This document shows positions 21,773 to 31,180 of a stretch of 44,291 bases of DNA, one piece after another. Origin of the DNA: Betaproteobacteria bacterium (GTDB lineage Bacteria > Pseudomonadota > Gammaproteobacteria > Burkholderiales > SHXO01). The notes below the pieces were generated by a model that saw only the letters and a list, made by a program, of their open reading frames with translations, made no database searches and was not told the origin of the DNA. Position 1 is the first letter of the stretch; each line of letters starts with the position of its first letter. Location: the NCBI GenBank assembly GCA_031379405.1, contig JANNFC010000383.1:1-44291 (forward strand), in the 5' to 3' direction. The position numbers and the translations under genes were made by a program.

Positions 21773-24436
21773 TTATTCGCTCGCACTACCTTCTTCGTTT
21801 GGACCATCGCCTTGCGGGGTGTCACTGCCGTTAGTGTTCTCTGGTGGGAGGTCGGTGCCATTGCCATTGCCGTTTTCACCCGCGACGTCTTCGGTTTCCA
21901 CCACGCGCTCCAGACCGGCGAGTTTCTCGCCCTCGTCGAGATCGATGAGCGTCACGCCTTGGGTGGCACGGCTCATCTCCCGAATCTCCGCCACGCGCGT
22001 ACGAATGAGCACGCCGCCGGTGGTGATCAACATGATTTCATCGGTCGGATCCACCAGACGCACCGCCACCACTTTACCGTTGCGTGCGGTGGTCTGGATG
22101 GCGATCATTCCCTGCGTGCCACGGCCATGGCGTGTGTACTCGGCAATGGGGGTGCGCTTGCCGTAACCGTTTTCGGTTGCAGTGAGCACTGTCTTGCTTT
22201 CGTCGGCCGCCACCGCCAGGGCGATGACTCGTTGATCCGGCGCCAAGTTCATACCGCGCACACCTCGCGCCGTGCGCCCCATGGGTCGCACGTCCTGCTC
22301 GGAGAAGCGAACGGCCTTGCCGCCGTCGGAGAACAGCATGACGTCGTAGGTGCCGTCGGTGATCGCCACACCCACCAGGAAGTCGCTCTCGTCCAGATCC
22401 ACGGCGATGATGCCGCTGGGTCGCGGACGGGAAAACTCCGATAGTGGTGTCTTCTTGACCGTACCGAAAGCGGTCGCCATGAACACGTAGTGACTATCGT
22501 CAAACGCTTTGATTGGAAGCACGGCGTTGATTTTTTCGTCAGGCTGCAACGGCACCAGATTGCTAATGGGCTTGCCGCGGCTGGCACGCGCGCCCTGGGG
22601 CAATTCGTAGACTTTCAACCAATACATCCGCCCACGGCTGGAGAAACAAAGGATGTAATCGTGCGTATGGGCGACGAAGAGCTGATCGATGACATCGTCT
22701 TCCTTGGTGGCGGTGGCCTGCTTGCCGCGACCACCACGGCGCTGCGCGCGGTACTCCGAAAGCGGTTGTGCCTTGAAGTAGCCAGTGTGCGATAACGTCA
22801 CCACCATGTCGGTGGGCGTGATCAGGTCCTCCAAATCGATGTCCTGCGCATCGAATACGATCTCGCTCTTGCGCTTGTCGCCGTACTGGCGCTTCACTTC
22901 GTGTAGTTCTTCGGTAATGATCGCCGTGATGCGCTCGGGCTTTGACAGAATGTCTAGCAGGTCGGCAATGGTATCCATCACCTCGCGATACTCACCGACG
23001 ATCTTGTCTTGTTCCAGGGCCGTCAGGCGCTGCAACTGCATCTCGAGAATGCGCTGCGCCTGCGCATCCGACAAGCGATATCCGCTACCGCCGTTGAGTC
23101 CGCCTTGCCAACCAAAATGCGCGGGCAATCCTTCCGGCCGCGCTTGATCGGAGTGCGATCGAGACAGCATTTCCTCCACCAGCGTCGATCGCCACAACCG
23201 TCCCATCAAAGATTGCTTGGCTTCACTGGGCGACGTGGACGCTTTGATCAAGGCGATGATTTCGTCCACGTTGGACAGGGCTACCGCCAGACCTTCCAGG
23301 ATGTGACCGCGCTGACGTGCCTGGCGCAATTCGTACAACGTGCGGCGCGTGACAACCTCGCGACGGTGCCGCAAAAACGCGTCCAGCAACTCCTTCAAGT
23401 TGAGCACCCTGGGCTGACCATCCACCAAGGCCACCATGTTGATGCCGAAGCTGTCCTGGAGTTGCGTTTCCTTGTACAGATTGTTCAGCACGATCTCGGG
23501 ATTCTCGCCGCGCTTCAACTCTATGACGACGCGCATCCCGGATTTGTCCGACTCGTCGCGAATTTCGGAAATGCCTTCCAGACGTTTTTCGCGAACCAAC
23601 TCCCCGATGCGGATCAGCAGGTTGCTCTTGTTCACCTGATACGGCAGTTCATCGACAATGATGGCTTGGCGTACGCCTTTGTCGAGATCCTCGGTATGGG
23701 TGCGGGCCCGCATCACCACTCGCCCGCGTCCGGTGCGATAGCCTTCGCGCACGCCCTGAACGCCGTAAATGAAGCCGCTGGTGGGAAAATCCGGAGCGGG
23801 GATGATGCGGATCAATTCTTCCAGGTCGGTCTCCGGATGGGCCAGGAGGACCAGGCAGCCATCCACCACCTCGGTCAAGTTGTGCGGTGGAATACTCGTC
23901 GCCATACCCACCGCGATACCGGTGGAGCCATTGACCAACAGATTCGGAATCTTGCTCGGCAAGACGGAAGGTTCTTGCTCCTTGCCGTCGTAGTTGGGGA
24001 CGAAATCGACGGTTTCCTTGTCGATGTCCGCCAGCAACTCGGCCGAAATTCTCTCCAGCCGGCATTCGGTGTAGCGCATAGCCGCCGCATTGTCTCCATC
24101 CACGGAGCCAAAGTTGCCTTGGCCGTCGATGAGGGTGTAGCGCATGGAAAAGTCCTGCGCCATCCGGACCAGCGTATCGTAGATAGCGTTGTCGCCATGC
24201 GGATGGAATTTACCCATCACCTCGCCCACCACACGGGCGCATTTGACGTAGGAGCGATTCCAGTGGTTGTTCGATTCATGCATCGCGAACAGTACGCGGC
24301 GATGCACCGGTTTGAGTCCGTCTCGTACGTCGGGGAGGGCGCGACCTACGATTACGCTCATGGCGTAGTCGAGGTAGGAACGGCGCATTTCCTCTTCGAG
24401 GCTGACCGGAATAGTTTCCTTAGCGAATGGCTCCAT
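21773..24436 (-). CDS. gyrA: DNA gyrase subunit A
   Basis: The 887-aa protein contains [27 protein letters not shown], the active-site region AAMRYTE, C-terminal beta-pinwheel repeats and an acidic Gly/Asn-rich tail. The QRDR reads [10 protein letters not shown] (residues 78-87). Confidence 0.96.
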   Translation of the reverse strand: MEPFAKETIPVSLEEEMRRSYLDYAMSVIVGRALPDVRDGLKPVHRRVLFAMHESNNHWNRSYVKCARVVGEVMGKFHPHGDNAIYDTLVRMAQDFSMRYTLIDGQGNFGSVDGDNAAAMRYTECRLERISAELLADIDKETVDFVPNYDGKEQEPSVLPSKIPNLLVNGSTGIAVGMATSIPPHNLTEVVDGCLVLLAHPETDLEELIRIIPAPDFPTSGFIYGVQGVREGYRTGRGRVVMRARTHTEDLDKGVRQAIIVDELPYQVNKSNLLIRIGELVREKRLEGISEIRDESDKSGMRVVIELKRGENPEIVLNNLYKETQLQDSFGINMVALVDGQPRVLNLKELLDAFLRHRREVVTRRTLYELRQARQRGHILEGLAVALSNVDEIIALIKASTSPSEAKQSLMGRLWRSTLVEEMLSRSHSDQARPEGLPAHFGWQGGLNGGSGYRLSDAQAQRILEMQLQRLTALEQDKIVGEYREVMDTIADLLDILSKPERITAIITEELHEVKRQYGDKRKSEIVFDAQDIDLEDLITPTDMVVTLSHTGYFKAQPLSEYRAQRRGGRGKQATATKEDDVIDQLFVAHTHDYILCFSSRGRMYWLKVYELPQGARASRGKPISNLVPLQPDEKINAVLPIKAFDDSHYVFMATAFGTVKKTPLSEFSRPRPSGIIAVDLDESDFLVGVAITDGTYDVMLFSDGGKAVRFSEQDVRPMGRTARGVRGMNLAPDQRVIALAVAADESKTVLTATENGYGKRTPIAEYTRHGRGTQGMIAIQTTARNGKVVAVRLVDPTDEIMLITTGGVLIRTRVAEIREMSRATQGVTLIDLDEGEKLAGLERVVETEDVAGENGNGNGTDLPPENTNGSDTPQGDGPNEEGSASE

Positions 24437-24927
24437 TCAAGGGGCGTCGATAGTTAGCGGTGCAAGGGTAAAAAAAGGATGCGGAACGAGCGAATGCGGC
24501 AGGCAACTGTACAGCCGGGGCTAACCGGGAAAGCCTTGTACGCTTGTCGTGCACTGCGGACCAAAAAATGTGGACCGGAACGCATGACACCGGCACCTTG
24601 ACGCAGGCCGACCGAAAGGATGGAAGTTTAGCATGCGAGCCCTAACCGGCTTCGCCCAAGCCAACACGCCAGTGTCGCTTTCAGCCAAACAATGCTGTTG
24701 TGTTATTGCAAAATAATCCGGACAAAAAAACCTTTGTGCTATTCTTAGGCGCTCCCTTGAAAAGCGTCATCGCGGTAGGGAATTCCAGTCGGGGGAGCCT
24801 GTAGAACGATGACATAACGACATCACTAAACATGACGCGACGTGTCCCTGTGGGGCAAGGATCCAATCGCTCCACGCTGATGTGGAAAGCGTCACGCCCT
24901 GACCCGATCACCTCATAGAGAGGAGCC

Positions 24928-27258
24928 ATGAGACCCTTCAGACTCAAAAAAACCATTACCCAAGCGACCGTGTTGTCCGCGCTACTGCCCTCGGCCGCGG
25001 TGTTATCGCAGCCAGTACACGCACCGATGGGGCTTAGCGGGAAGATCACTATTTCAGCGGGCACGACAGCCGTCTTGGGACACCAAATCATTCCCGAGGG
25101 CGTGGCGCCCATGGATCCGAAGTCGGCACCGGCCCGCGGCGGGTATGTTTACGACAATTTCAACACCGTGGTTCGTACCGGGGTCACCGGCGAGTGCGTA
25201 AAGCATGGTCTGTGGTCGCCTGAAATCGCGACGCCGGATTGCGAACCCTGGTTATTCGCAACCCCGCCGGCCCCCAAGGCAGCGGCACCTGCACCGTCAC
25301 CTTCACCTGCACCCGCGCCTCAAGCGAAAGCGGAAACGCCATCGCCACCCCCGCCCGTAGTCAAGGAGGAAGGATTCCCCGAATGGCCGGGTCCGGACGA
25401 AGGCAGATTGGGCATCGTGCCGTTGTGGCCGGAAAACAACCTCGAAGCCCAAGACAACATCGGCCTGCCACGCATGCACTTCGACGACGAGGTCGCGGAT
25501 TCCGAACACGCCGCTGACCTGATTGGCGCCCCGATTCTGCATGGCGACAACGAAGACGGTAGTGCCGAAGCGGCCGATCTCATCGCCCCCCCCGTCGTGT
25601 ATTACCAGAATGGGGATGGCGAAGTCGGCGCCAGCGATCTCATTAGCCCCCCCGTCGTGCATTACCAGAATGAGGAGGGCGAAGCCGGCGCTGACGATCT
25701 TATCAGCCCCCCCGTCGTGTACTACCAGAATGGGGATGGCGAAGCCGGTGCTGACGATCTCATTAGCGCACCTCGATCTTACGAGGACGGCGATGTGCTG
25801 GGGCAACCCCTCGATGGCCGATGGCCCGAGGACCCCTATGCCGCCGCCGACGCCGTGGAGGAAGAGCCCGCCGTAGCGAGCCGGGACGATTGGATGTCCG
25901 CCCCGCTCGACGACAAGGCGGATGCACCGGTCGCCGGGATCATGGAATTCAAGGAAGAAGAAACTTGGCCCGTTGACAAATTCGCCGATGGCCACCTCGA
26001 GGACCAGAGCGTTGTTCAGCCCGATTCGAACTGGATGATCCCCAACCCCGTTCCCGAGGCGCCCGCCGACGCCATGGTGGGCCACTACCAAGAGGATGGC
26101 AAGGAGCCCGAAGAAATCATCGGCAACCCCACGGTTTTCTACGATGTGCCGGACCAAGGCGTCATCCCGGAAGAGACCATCATCGGCCATACCATGTTGC
26201 CCGGTGAGGATCAAGAAGATAGTTCCGTGGGGAATGACGATCTCATTACCAGCCACTCGATCTATCACGATGATGATAACGGTGCGCAGGCTGCTGGTGA
26301 CGATTTAATCGGTCAACCGCGTCAGAACACCATGGATGATCAGCCTGCAGAAGCGGCCGAGCCCTACGGTTCGCAATTTGACGATAAGCCCTTCCCCGAG
26401 GTCGCCGTGGCCGATGAACCCGAAGGTCAGCCCTTCAGTTCCGAATTCCCCGTAGGCAGTGGCACAGCCGCAAGCGCACCTGCCGAGGGAAGCGTCGCGC
26501 CGGCTCCTGTGGCCCCGGAAGAGGTCGCTGAAGACGAGGAGGAGGGGGAAGAGGGGGATTACCACCCGGACTACTCCTCCACTCTTGCCGCGAAGGACGC
26601 GTTCGCCGTCTTACCCCAGGGTAAGACGGCCCCATCCCCCGTCCCCTCAGCACCCGCGGAGGCGAGCTACGGCCTAGACGTGGAAGAGGAAGAAGAGCCG
26701 GAAGTGCCCTTTGTCCCTGACTACAGCAATGTAGCCACTGCCAAGGGCGCCCTGGACAATCTGCCCTATCCGGCCGCCGCTGCTCAGCCGGCCGCATCTG
26801 CCCCCGAGAAAGCTATTCCCGCCGCCAAAGCCGCCACCACGGAAGAGCACCTGATGACCGTGGTATTGAGCGCCGATGCCTTGTTCGACTTCGACCGCTA
26901 CGTGCTGAAAGGCAGTGCTAAGAAGAGCCTGGACGATTTCGTCGCAGCCCTCAAAGATATCAAGTGGGGCGAGATCCAGGTGGTGGGTCATACCGATCGG
27001 CTAGGCAGCGCCAAGTACAACCAGCGCCTGTCCGAGCGCCGGGCCCAGGCCGTGCGCAAATTGCTCATCAGCAAGGGCGTCGATGGCAAGAAGATCAAAG
27101 CTATCGGCAAAGGCAAGGTGCAACCGGTGACCACCGACTGCGTGGGTGAGAAGCGCTCCAAAGAGCTCATCGTCTGCCTGCAACCAGACCGTAGGGTCGA
27201 GATCTTCGTCGACGAAAAGCGCGAGGTGCAAGTCACCAAGCCCACCAATCCCAAGTAA
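24928..27258 (+). CDS. OmpA-family (OmpA_C / peptidoglycan-binding) protein with a large acidic repeat-containing insertion
   Basis: A signal peptide (MRPFRLKKTITQATVLSALLPSAAVLSQPVHA) is followed by a small Cys-containing N-domain (TGECVKHGLWSPEIATPDCEP) and a Pro/Ala linker. A D/E/P/G-rich region of ~500 aa comes next, then a canonical OmpA_C domain (FDFDRYVLK...VVGHTDRLGSAKYNQRLSERRAQAV...PDRRVEI). Confidence 0.85.
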   Translation: MRPFRLKKTITQATVLSALLPSAAVLSQPVHAPMGLSGKITISAGTTAVLGHQIIPEGVAPMDPKSAPARGGYVYDNFNTVVRTGVTGECVKHGLWSPEIATPDCEPWLFATPPAPKAAAPAPSPSPAPAPQAKAETPSPPPPVVKEEGFPEWPGPDEGRLGIVPLWPENNLEAQDNIGLPRMHFDDEVADSEHAADLIGAPILHGDNEDGSAEAADLIAPPVVYYQNGDGEVGASDLISPPVVHYQNEEGEAGADDLISPPVVYYQNGDGEAGADDLISAPRSYEDGDVLGQPLDGRWPEDPYAAADAVEEEPAVASRDDWMSAPLDDKADAPVAGIMEFKEEETWPVDKFADGHLEDQSVVQPDSNWMIPNPVPEAPADAMVGHYQEDGKEPEEIIGNPTVFYDVPDQGVIPEETIIGHTMLPGEDQEDSSVGNDDLITSHSIYHDDDNGAQAAGDDLIGQPRQNTMDDQPAEAAEPYGSQFDDKPFPEVAVADEPEGQPFSSEFPVGSGTAASAPAEGSVAPAPVAPEEVAEDEEEGEEGDYHPDYSSTLAAKDAFAVLPQGKTAPSPVPSAPAEASYGLDVEEEEEPEVPFVPDYSNVATAKGALDNLPYPAAAAQPAASAPEKAIPAAKAATTEEHLMTVVLSADALFDFDRYVLKGSAKKSLDDFVAALKDIKWGEIQVVGHTDRLGSAKYNQRLSERRAQAVRKLLISKGVDGKKIKAIGKGKVQPVTTDCVGEKRSKELIVCLQPDRRVEIFVDEKREVQVTKPTNPK
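25576..25770 (+). repeat. 60-bp in-frame tandem repeats (~3.2 copies) inside the OmpA-family gene
   Basis: Units start at 25576, 25636, 25696 and 25756 (gatctcat[c/t]agccccccc gtcgtg.attaccagaatg.gga.ggcgaag.cgg.gc..cgat). They encode DLI[A/S]PPVV[Y/H]YQN[G/E][D/E]GE[V/A]GA[S/D]D. More degenerate copies lie upstream (~25513) and downstream (~26230-26310). Confidence 0.9.
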
Positions 27259-27311
27259 TTATTTGGAAGTAGTTATTTGGCCATTACGAGATACACTAGC
27301 AGTCCCCTACA

Positions 27312-27343
27312 AGCCCTGCCCTTCGCGGCAGGGCTTTTTCTTT
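27312..27343 (+). terminator. Rho-independent terminator after the OmpA-family gene
   Basis: The stem AGCCCTGCC / GGCAGGGCT with loop CTTCGC is followed by TTTTTCTTT. Confidence 0.75.
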
Positions 27344-27355
27344 GTGGAGCTTCGC

Positions 27356-28675
27356 ATGGATGTCATTGACGAATTGATAAGCGCGCGCTGGATCATCCCC
27401 ATCGAGCCGGCCGACAGCGTGCTAGAAGGTCATGCCATCGCCCTCAACGCGGGCCGAATCGTGGCGTTGCTGCCCGAGGCGCAAGCAAAGCAGCGCTATC
27501 GCGCCCAGCGCGAGACCACGCTTTCCAATCACGTTCTGATTCCAGGATTGGTCAACATCCACACCCACGCCGCCATGACGCTTATGCGCGGCTTGGCCGA
27601 CGACCTGCCCCTGATGAAATGGCTGACCGAACACATCTGGCCCGCCGAAGGCAAGCATGTCTCGCCCGAATTTGTTTATGACGGTACGCTGCTGGCGGCG
27701 GCAGAAATGTTGAAGGGTGGAATTACCTGCTGCAACGACATGTACTTCTTTCCGGAAGATGCGGGTCGGGCATTTGTCGATGCGCGCATGCGCGCGGCGC
27801 TGGGCCTCATCGTCATCGACTTCCCCACCGCTTATGCCAACGACCCGACGGACTATCTGCACAAGGGCTTGACCATGCGCGACGCCCTCAAACACCAACC
27901 TTTGCTGTCTTTTTGCATCGCGCCGCACGCGCCTTACACCGTGGGCGACTCCACCTTCGAACAAGTCGTCACACTCGCCGAGGAGATTGAGCTCCCTATC
28001 CATCTACATGTACACGAAACCCTCGACGAGATTCGCGAAAGCGAAGCCAAACACGGCATGCGGCCGCTTGCTCGCCTGCACCGGTTGGGCGTGCTGGGGC
28101 CAAGTCTGATCGCGGTGCACAGCGTGCATCTGTCCAGCGATGAAATTGCGCAGTACGCCTCCATGGGAGTCAGCGTCGCGCACTGCCCGTCGTCGAATCT
28201 GAAACTCGCCAACGGATTCGCCCCGACACCCACGCTGCTCGACGCCGGTGTCAACGTCGGTTTGGGCACGGATGGGGCGGCCAGCAACAACCGGCTCGAT
28301 CTGTTTCAGGAAATGCGCACCGCGGCCCTTATCGCCAAGGCCAGCTCTGGCCGAGCCGATGTTATGGACGCCATGATGGCGCTTCGCATGGCGACCCTTA
28401 ACGGCGCCCGCGCCCTGGGGTTGGATAAGGAGATTGGCTCGCTGGAACCCGGCAAAGCGGCCGACTTGTGCGCCGTCGACTTGAGCGCCACCGAACTCCA
28501 CCCTTGCTACCATCCCGCTTCGCACTTGGTATATGCTGCGGGACGCGAGCACGGCAGCGACGTGTGGGTGGCCGGAGAGTGCCTGCTGCGTTCCGGCCAA
28601 CTCACACAACTGGACGAAGCACGCTTGCAGGCCAAGGCAGCACACTGGCAATCCAAATTGATACCGAACGCATGA
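27356..28675 (+). CDS. mtaD: 5-methylthioadenosine/S-adenosylhomocysteine deaminase-like amidohydrolase (TRZ/ATZ family)
   Basis: I take the start at ATG 27356 ([18 protein letters not shown]), just after the upstream terminator. The ORF-track start at 27146 would run through the ompA 3' end and the terminator. Metal-binding motifs are NIHTHAAM and HLHVHET, with GTDGAASNN also present. The stop overlaps the ubiG start (ATGA). Confidence 0.8.
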   Translation: MDVIDELISARWIIPIEPADSVLEGHAIALNAGRIVALLPEAQAKQRYRAQRETTLSNHVLIPGLVNIHTHAAMTLMRGLADDLPLMKWLTEHIWPAEGKHVSPEFVYDGTLLAAAEMLKGGITCCNDMYFFPEDAGRAFVDARMRAALGLIVIDFPTAYANDPTDYLHKGLTMRDALKHQPLLSFCIAPHAPYTVGDSTFEQVVTLAEEIELPIHLHVHETLDEIRESEAKHGMRPLARLHRLGVLGPSLIAVHSVHLSSDEIAQYASMGVSVAHCPSSNLKLANGFAPTPTLLDAGVNVGLGTDGAASNNRLDLFQEMRTAALIAKASSGRADVMDAMMALRMATLNGARALGLDKEIGSLEPGKAADLCAVDLSATELHPCYHPASHLVYAAGREHGSDVWVAGECLLRSGQLTQLDEARLQAKAAHWQSKLIPNA

Positions 28676-29376
28676 GCACCACCATCAACGCCGATCAACA
28701 CGAAGTCGACAAGTTCAGCGCGCTGGCGCACCGCTGGTGGGACCCCAACAGCGAGTTCAAGCCGCTACATGAGATCAACCCACTGCGCTTGGGATTCATT
28801 GACGCTATGGCTGGTCTCGCCGGAAAAGAAGTCCTCGATGTGGGCTGCGGTGGCGGAATTCTGGCCGAGAGCATGGCGGCAAAGGGCGCCCGCGTCACCG
28901 GTATCGATCTATCCGAGAAAGCACTGAAAGTGGCTGAACTTCATCTTCTCGAAAGCAGACTGAGCGTCAACTATCGCGCCGTCCCCGTGGAAGCGCTCGC
29001 AGAAGAAATACCAGGTCATTTCGATGTAGTGACCTGCATGGAAGTGCTCGAGCACGTCCCCGACCCCGCCAGCCAGATCAAAGCTTGCGCACGTTTGCTC
29101 AAGGCAGATGGTCACGCTTTCTTTGCCACCATCAATCGCAATCCCAAATCTTTCCTCTTCGCCATCGTGGGCGCGGAGTACCTCCTCAACCTGCTGCCCA
29201 AAGGCACGCACGAGTACGCCAAGTTCATCAAACCCTCCGAGCTGTGCGCCGATGCGCGCGCGGCGGGACTCAATGTCGAACAAATCATCGGCATGAGCTA
29301 CAACCCGCTCACCAAGGTCTACACCTTAGGCCGCGATACCGACGTCAATTACATCATTCACACTCGGGCAGCGTAA
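28672..29376 (+). CDS. ubiG: Bifunctional 3-demethylubiquinol 3-O-methyltransferase / 2-polyprenyl-6-hydroxyphenol methylase
   Basis: I take the start at ATG 28672 ([40 protein letters not shown]). The SAM motif [13 protein letters not shown] and the sequences [12 protein letters not shown] and [12 protein letters not shown] are present. Confidence 0.9.
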   Translation: MSTTINADQHEVDKFSALAHRWWDPNSEFKPLHEINPLRLGFIDAMAGLAGKEVLDVGCGGGILAESMAAKGARVTGIDLSEKALKVAELHLLESRLSVNYRAVPVEALAEEIPGHFDVVTCMEVLEHVPDPASQIKACARLLKADGHAFFATINRNPKSFLFAIVGAEYLLNLLPKGTHEYAKFIKPSELCADARAAGLNVEQIIGMSYNPLTKVYTLGRDTDVNYIIHTRAA

Positions 29377-29391
29377 CGCATGTCGATCAAT

Positions 29392-30381
29392 GGGGTCAGA
29401 TCTATACTTCATAGGTTGGCGACGATTTCCCTGAGCATTTCATCGGCCTCTTCGGACTCGACCTCGCTTTGAATCTGGGTAACGCGTCCGATGGAGATAC
29501 CCGCCATCTCCGCGGCTTCCCGCAGGCTCAGGTTGACACGACGCCGTAACAAGTAGACCACGTGCTTGAAAGCTGGCCCGCTCTCGCGCCGCAAAACGCC
29601 TGCGGGCGTGATCCCGTGGGCGGTTGCTACCGCTCGAATGGCCGCATCGGCGGTGACCCTTATTGGATTGAAATGCGCCTTCGGCACATCTTTGGCCGTC
29701 TTCCCTTGCAAGCGTTTCTGTATTCGGTCCCGAAACGCTTCGGAGCCAAGGTACATCTGCCCCTTCAGCGCCTTCCACGGGGAGGGGGTCTTGATTCCCT
29801 GCTGAACGAAGCGTTCGTAGGATTTTCGTCCTGCCACGCCTTCTCCGAAGAACTCGATCACTCTGCTGGCCGCCAGCCATTGGGGACACTCAATGCGGCC
29901 GAGTGTGGATAGGTAACTGCTCCAATGCCAGGTCTCGACGTGATCCACCATCCTTGCGCGAACCGGATTGAGCACCACGTAGCGGCACAATTCCTGGAGG
30001 TAGCTGTCCTTGTCCACTAGAATGGACTTGTAGCGTCCCTGGAGTACGTGGCCGACCCGGTTGTGCCGCCGGTTGAAGGCTTGGGTATAGACCCCATTCA
30101 GGCGGCGCATCCCTTGTACCAGATTGGGCTCCAGCGTCTCAAGTAGCAGGTGATAGTGATTGTCCATCAAACAGAAGGCGTAAAGCACCCAGCCTTGCTG
30201 AAGCACTTCCTTGCCGAGCAGATCGAGAAAGACGATACGGTCGCCGTCGCTTTCGAAAATGGGCTCTTGCCGGTCGCCGCGAGCGGTGATGTGGTAGCAC
30301 GCACCGTGAAATTCGAGTCGCAAAGGTCTGGACATGGCCGGAGGTTACCGCCTTTCACCTATCAAGTATAGATCTGACCCC
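29392..30381 (-). mobile_element. REP-associated tyrosine transposase (RAYT) gene with flanking inverted REP-like repeats ('REPtron'-like unit)
   Basis: The 24-bp sequences GGGGTCAGATCTATACTTCATAGG (29392-29415) and CCTATCAAGTATAGATCTGACCCC (30358-30381) are reverse complements of each other (23/24). They bracket the Y1/HUH transposase-like CDS. Confidence 0.8.
29409..30335 (-). CDS. IS200/IS605-like Y1 (HUH) transposase family protein, RAYT type, with C-terminal DnaA_C-like HTH
   Basis: The 308-aa protein starts MSRPLRLEFHGACYHITARG. It has the HUH motif DNHYHLLLE (H60-Y61-H62), GHVLQGRYKS (candidate catalytic Y102) and CRYVVLNPVRARMV..WHWSSY. The C-terminal ~60 aa (VYLLRRRVNLSLREAAEMAGISIGRVTQI) look like an HTH. 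Confidence 0.82.
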   Translation of the reverse strand: MSRPLRLEFHGACYHITARGDRQEPIFESDGDRIVFLDLLGKEVLQQGWVLYAFCLMDNHYHLLLETLEPNLVQGMRRLNGVYTQAFNRRHNRVGHVLQGRYKSILVDKDSYLQELCRYVVLNPVRARMVDHVETWHWSSYLSTLGRIECPQWLAASRVIEFFGEGVAGRKSYERFVQQGIKTPSPWKALKGQMYLGSEAFRDRIQKRLQGKTAKDVPKAHFNPIRVTADAAIRAVATAHGITPAGVLRRESGPAFKHVVYLLRRRVNLSLREAAEMAGISIGRVTQIQSEVESEEADEMLREIVANL

Positions 30382-30499
30382 TTCGGCATGTTGAAATATC
30401 TCTAGAAAGTCCCACCTTCTGCGATAATCGGCTGACGGGGTTGGGAAACGGGCGCAAAGTACCACTAGCAACCCGATCCCGGTTCCAAAATCCAATCTC

Positions 30500-30870
30500 G
30501 GGGGCGCCCTGGGTTCGACGTGGGTCGCGAAGCATGGCAGTGCATGTCAAGGTCCAGTCACCTTGTAAATCAGCTGGAAAACGATAGTTGCCAACGACGA
30601 TCGTTACGCTCTAGCCGCCTAACACCGGCTAGACTCCGCCCCAGTTTGCTCATGGGCTGGTCTGAACCCGCAAGGGAGATGAGCGCGGAGTCATATACAT
30701 GGGATCGTGAAGTGCGGGGCTACTTCGCACGGAGCTAAATCCAAGGTAGCTCGCCTTCTCACAGCAAGCCGGTCAGCGGTGCGCGGGTTAAATTAAAGGA
30801 CCAGGCTAAACATGTAGTGCTGCCTGTGTAGGGCTTACGGACGCGGGTTCGATTCCCGCCGCCTCCACCA
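30500..30870 (+). ncRNA. ssrA: tmRNA (SsrA)
   Basis: The 5' end GGGGGCG pairs with the 3' end CGCCTCC-A-CCA, giving a G3:U wobble as in tRNA-Ala. The 3' T-arm is GGACGCGGGTTCGATTCCCGCCGCCTCCACCA. The internal tag frame is GCC AAC GAC GAT CGT TAC GCT CTA GCC GCC TAA. Confidence 0.92.
30590..30622 (+). other. tmRNA tag-peptide reading frame (ANDDRYALAA*)
   Basis: This is a direct translation from resume codon GCC at 30590 to TAA at 30620-30622. The YALAA C-terminus is the canonical ClpXP/SspB degron. Confidence 0.85.
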
Positions 30871-30874
30871 GTTG

Positions 30875-30908
30875 AAGCCGCCACCTTTACGAGTGGCGGC
30901 TTTTTTTT
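30875..30908 (+). terminator. Rho-independent terminator of ssrA
   Basis: The stem AAGCCGCCAC (30875-30884) / GTGGCGGCTT (30893-30902) runs into a T8 tract (30901-30908). Confidence 0.8.
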
Positions 30909-30968
30909 GTATGCGTTTAAAGCATACTGACAAATCGGGTATCCCTGCCCCACGCGACAAATGCGGCA

Positions 30969-31139
30969 TACATAGCTCGCTCTCCCCGCAGCATGCAGCG
31001 GCGATGCACTTAGATATCGGCCTTGGGCGCGAAGCTGGTGCGTGAGCTGCACGGATTCCGCAAAGATCTCCTGCCGCTTGCTCTCGCTGATTTCGTCGAA
31101 GGTCGCTTCATCGTGGTGAACCAGCAACGTGTAATTCAT
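30969..31139 (-). pseudogene. 3'-truncated YCII-related (DGPF-type) domain gene fragment
   Basis: The first ~57 aa (MNYTLLVHHDEATFDEISESKRQEIFAESVQLTHQLRAQGRYLSASPLHAAGRAS) fit the N-terminal half of YCII-family proteins. After that the ORF only continues by reading antisense through the ssrA terminator and the tmRNA 3' end, and the DGPF half is absent. Confidence 0.5.
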
Positions 31140-31180
31140 TTCGATACCCTCGCGTCGAGGACGAATCTCCAGTGCCCGGC

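Noticed and set aside
23009-24457. A 482-aa ORF on the plus strand, plus several other ORFs of 100-220 aa, opposite gyrA.
   Set aside because: It lies entirely antisense to a very confidently identified gyrA. Its composition is Arg/Ala/Gly/His-rich, typical of shadow frames in high-GC DNA, and it has no recognisable motif.
25303-26268. A 321-aa minus-strand ORF inside the OmpA-family gene.
   Set aside because: It is antisense to the repeat-rich acidic region. Its own repeats (DGGADKIVSAGFA…) simply mirror the sense-strand 60-bp repeats. The sense frame has a signal peptide and an OmpA_C domain.
27146-27355. The N-terminal extension of the deaminase ORF (509 aa in the ORF track), and likewise 28468-28671 for ubiG.
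   Set aside because: The extensions overlap the 3' end of the preceding gene and, for mtaD, run through a rho-independent terminator. The family-typical N-termini begin at ATG 27356 and ATG 28672.
30759-30968. The 3' portion of the 126-aa ORF 30759-31139.
   Set aside because: This part is a translation of the antisense of the ssrA terminator and tmRNA 3' domain. Only the first ~57 codons look like a real, truncated YCII gene.
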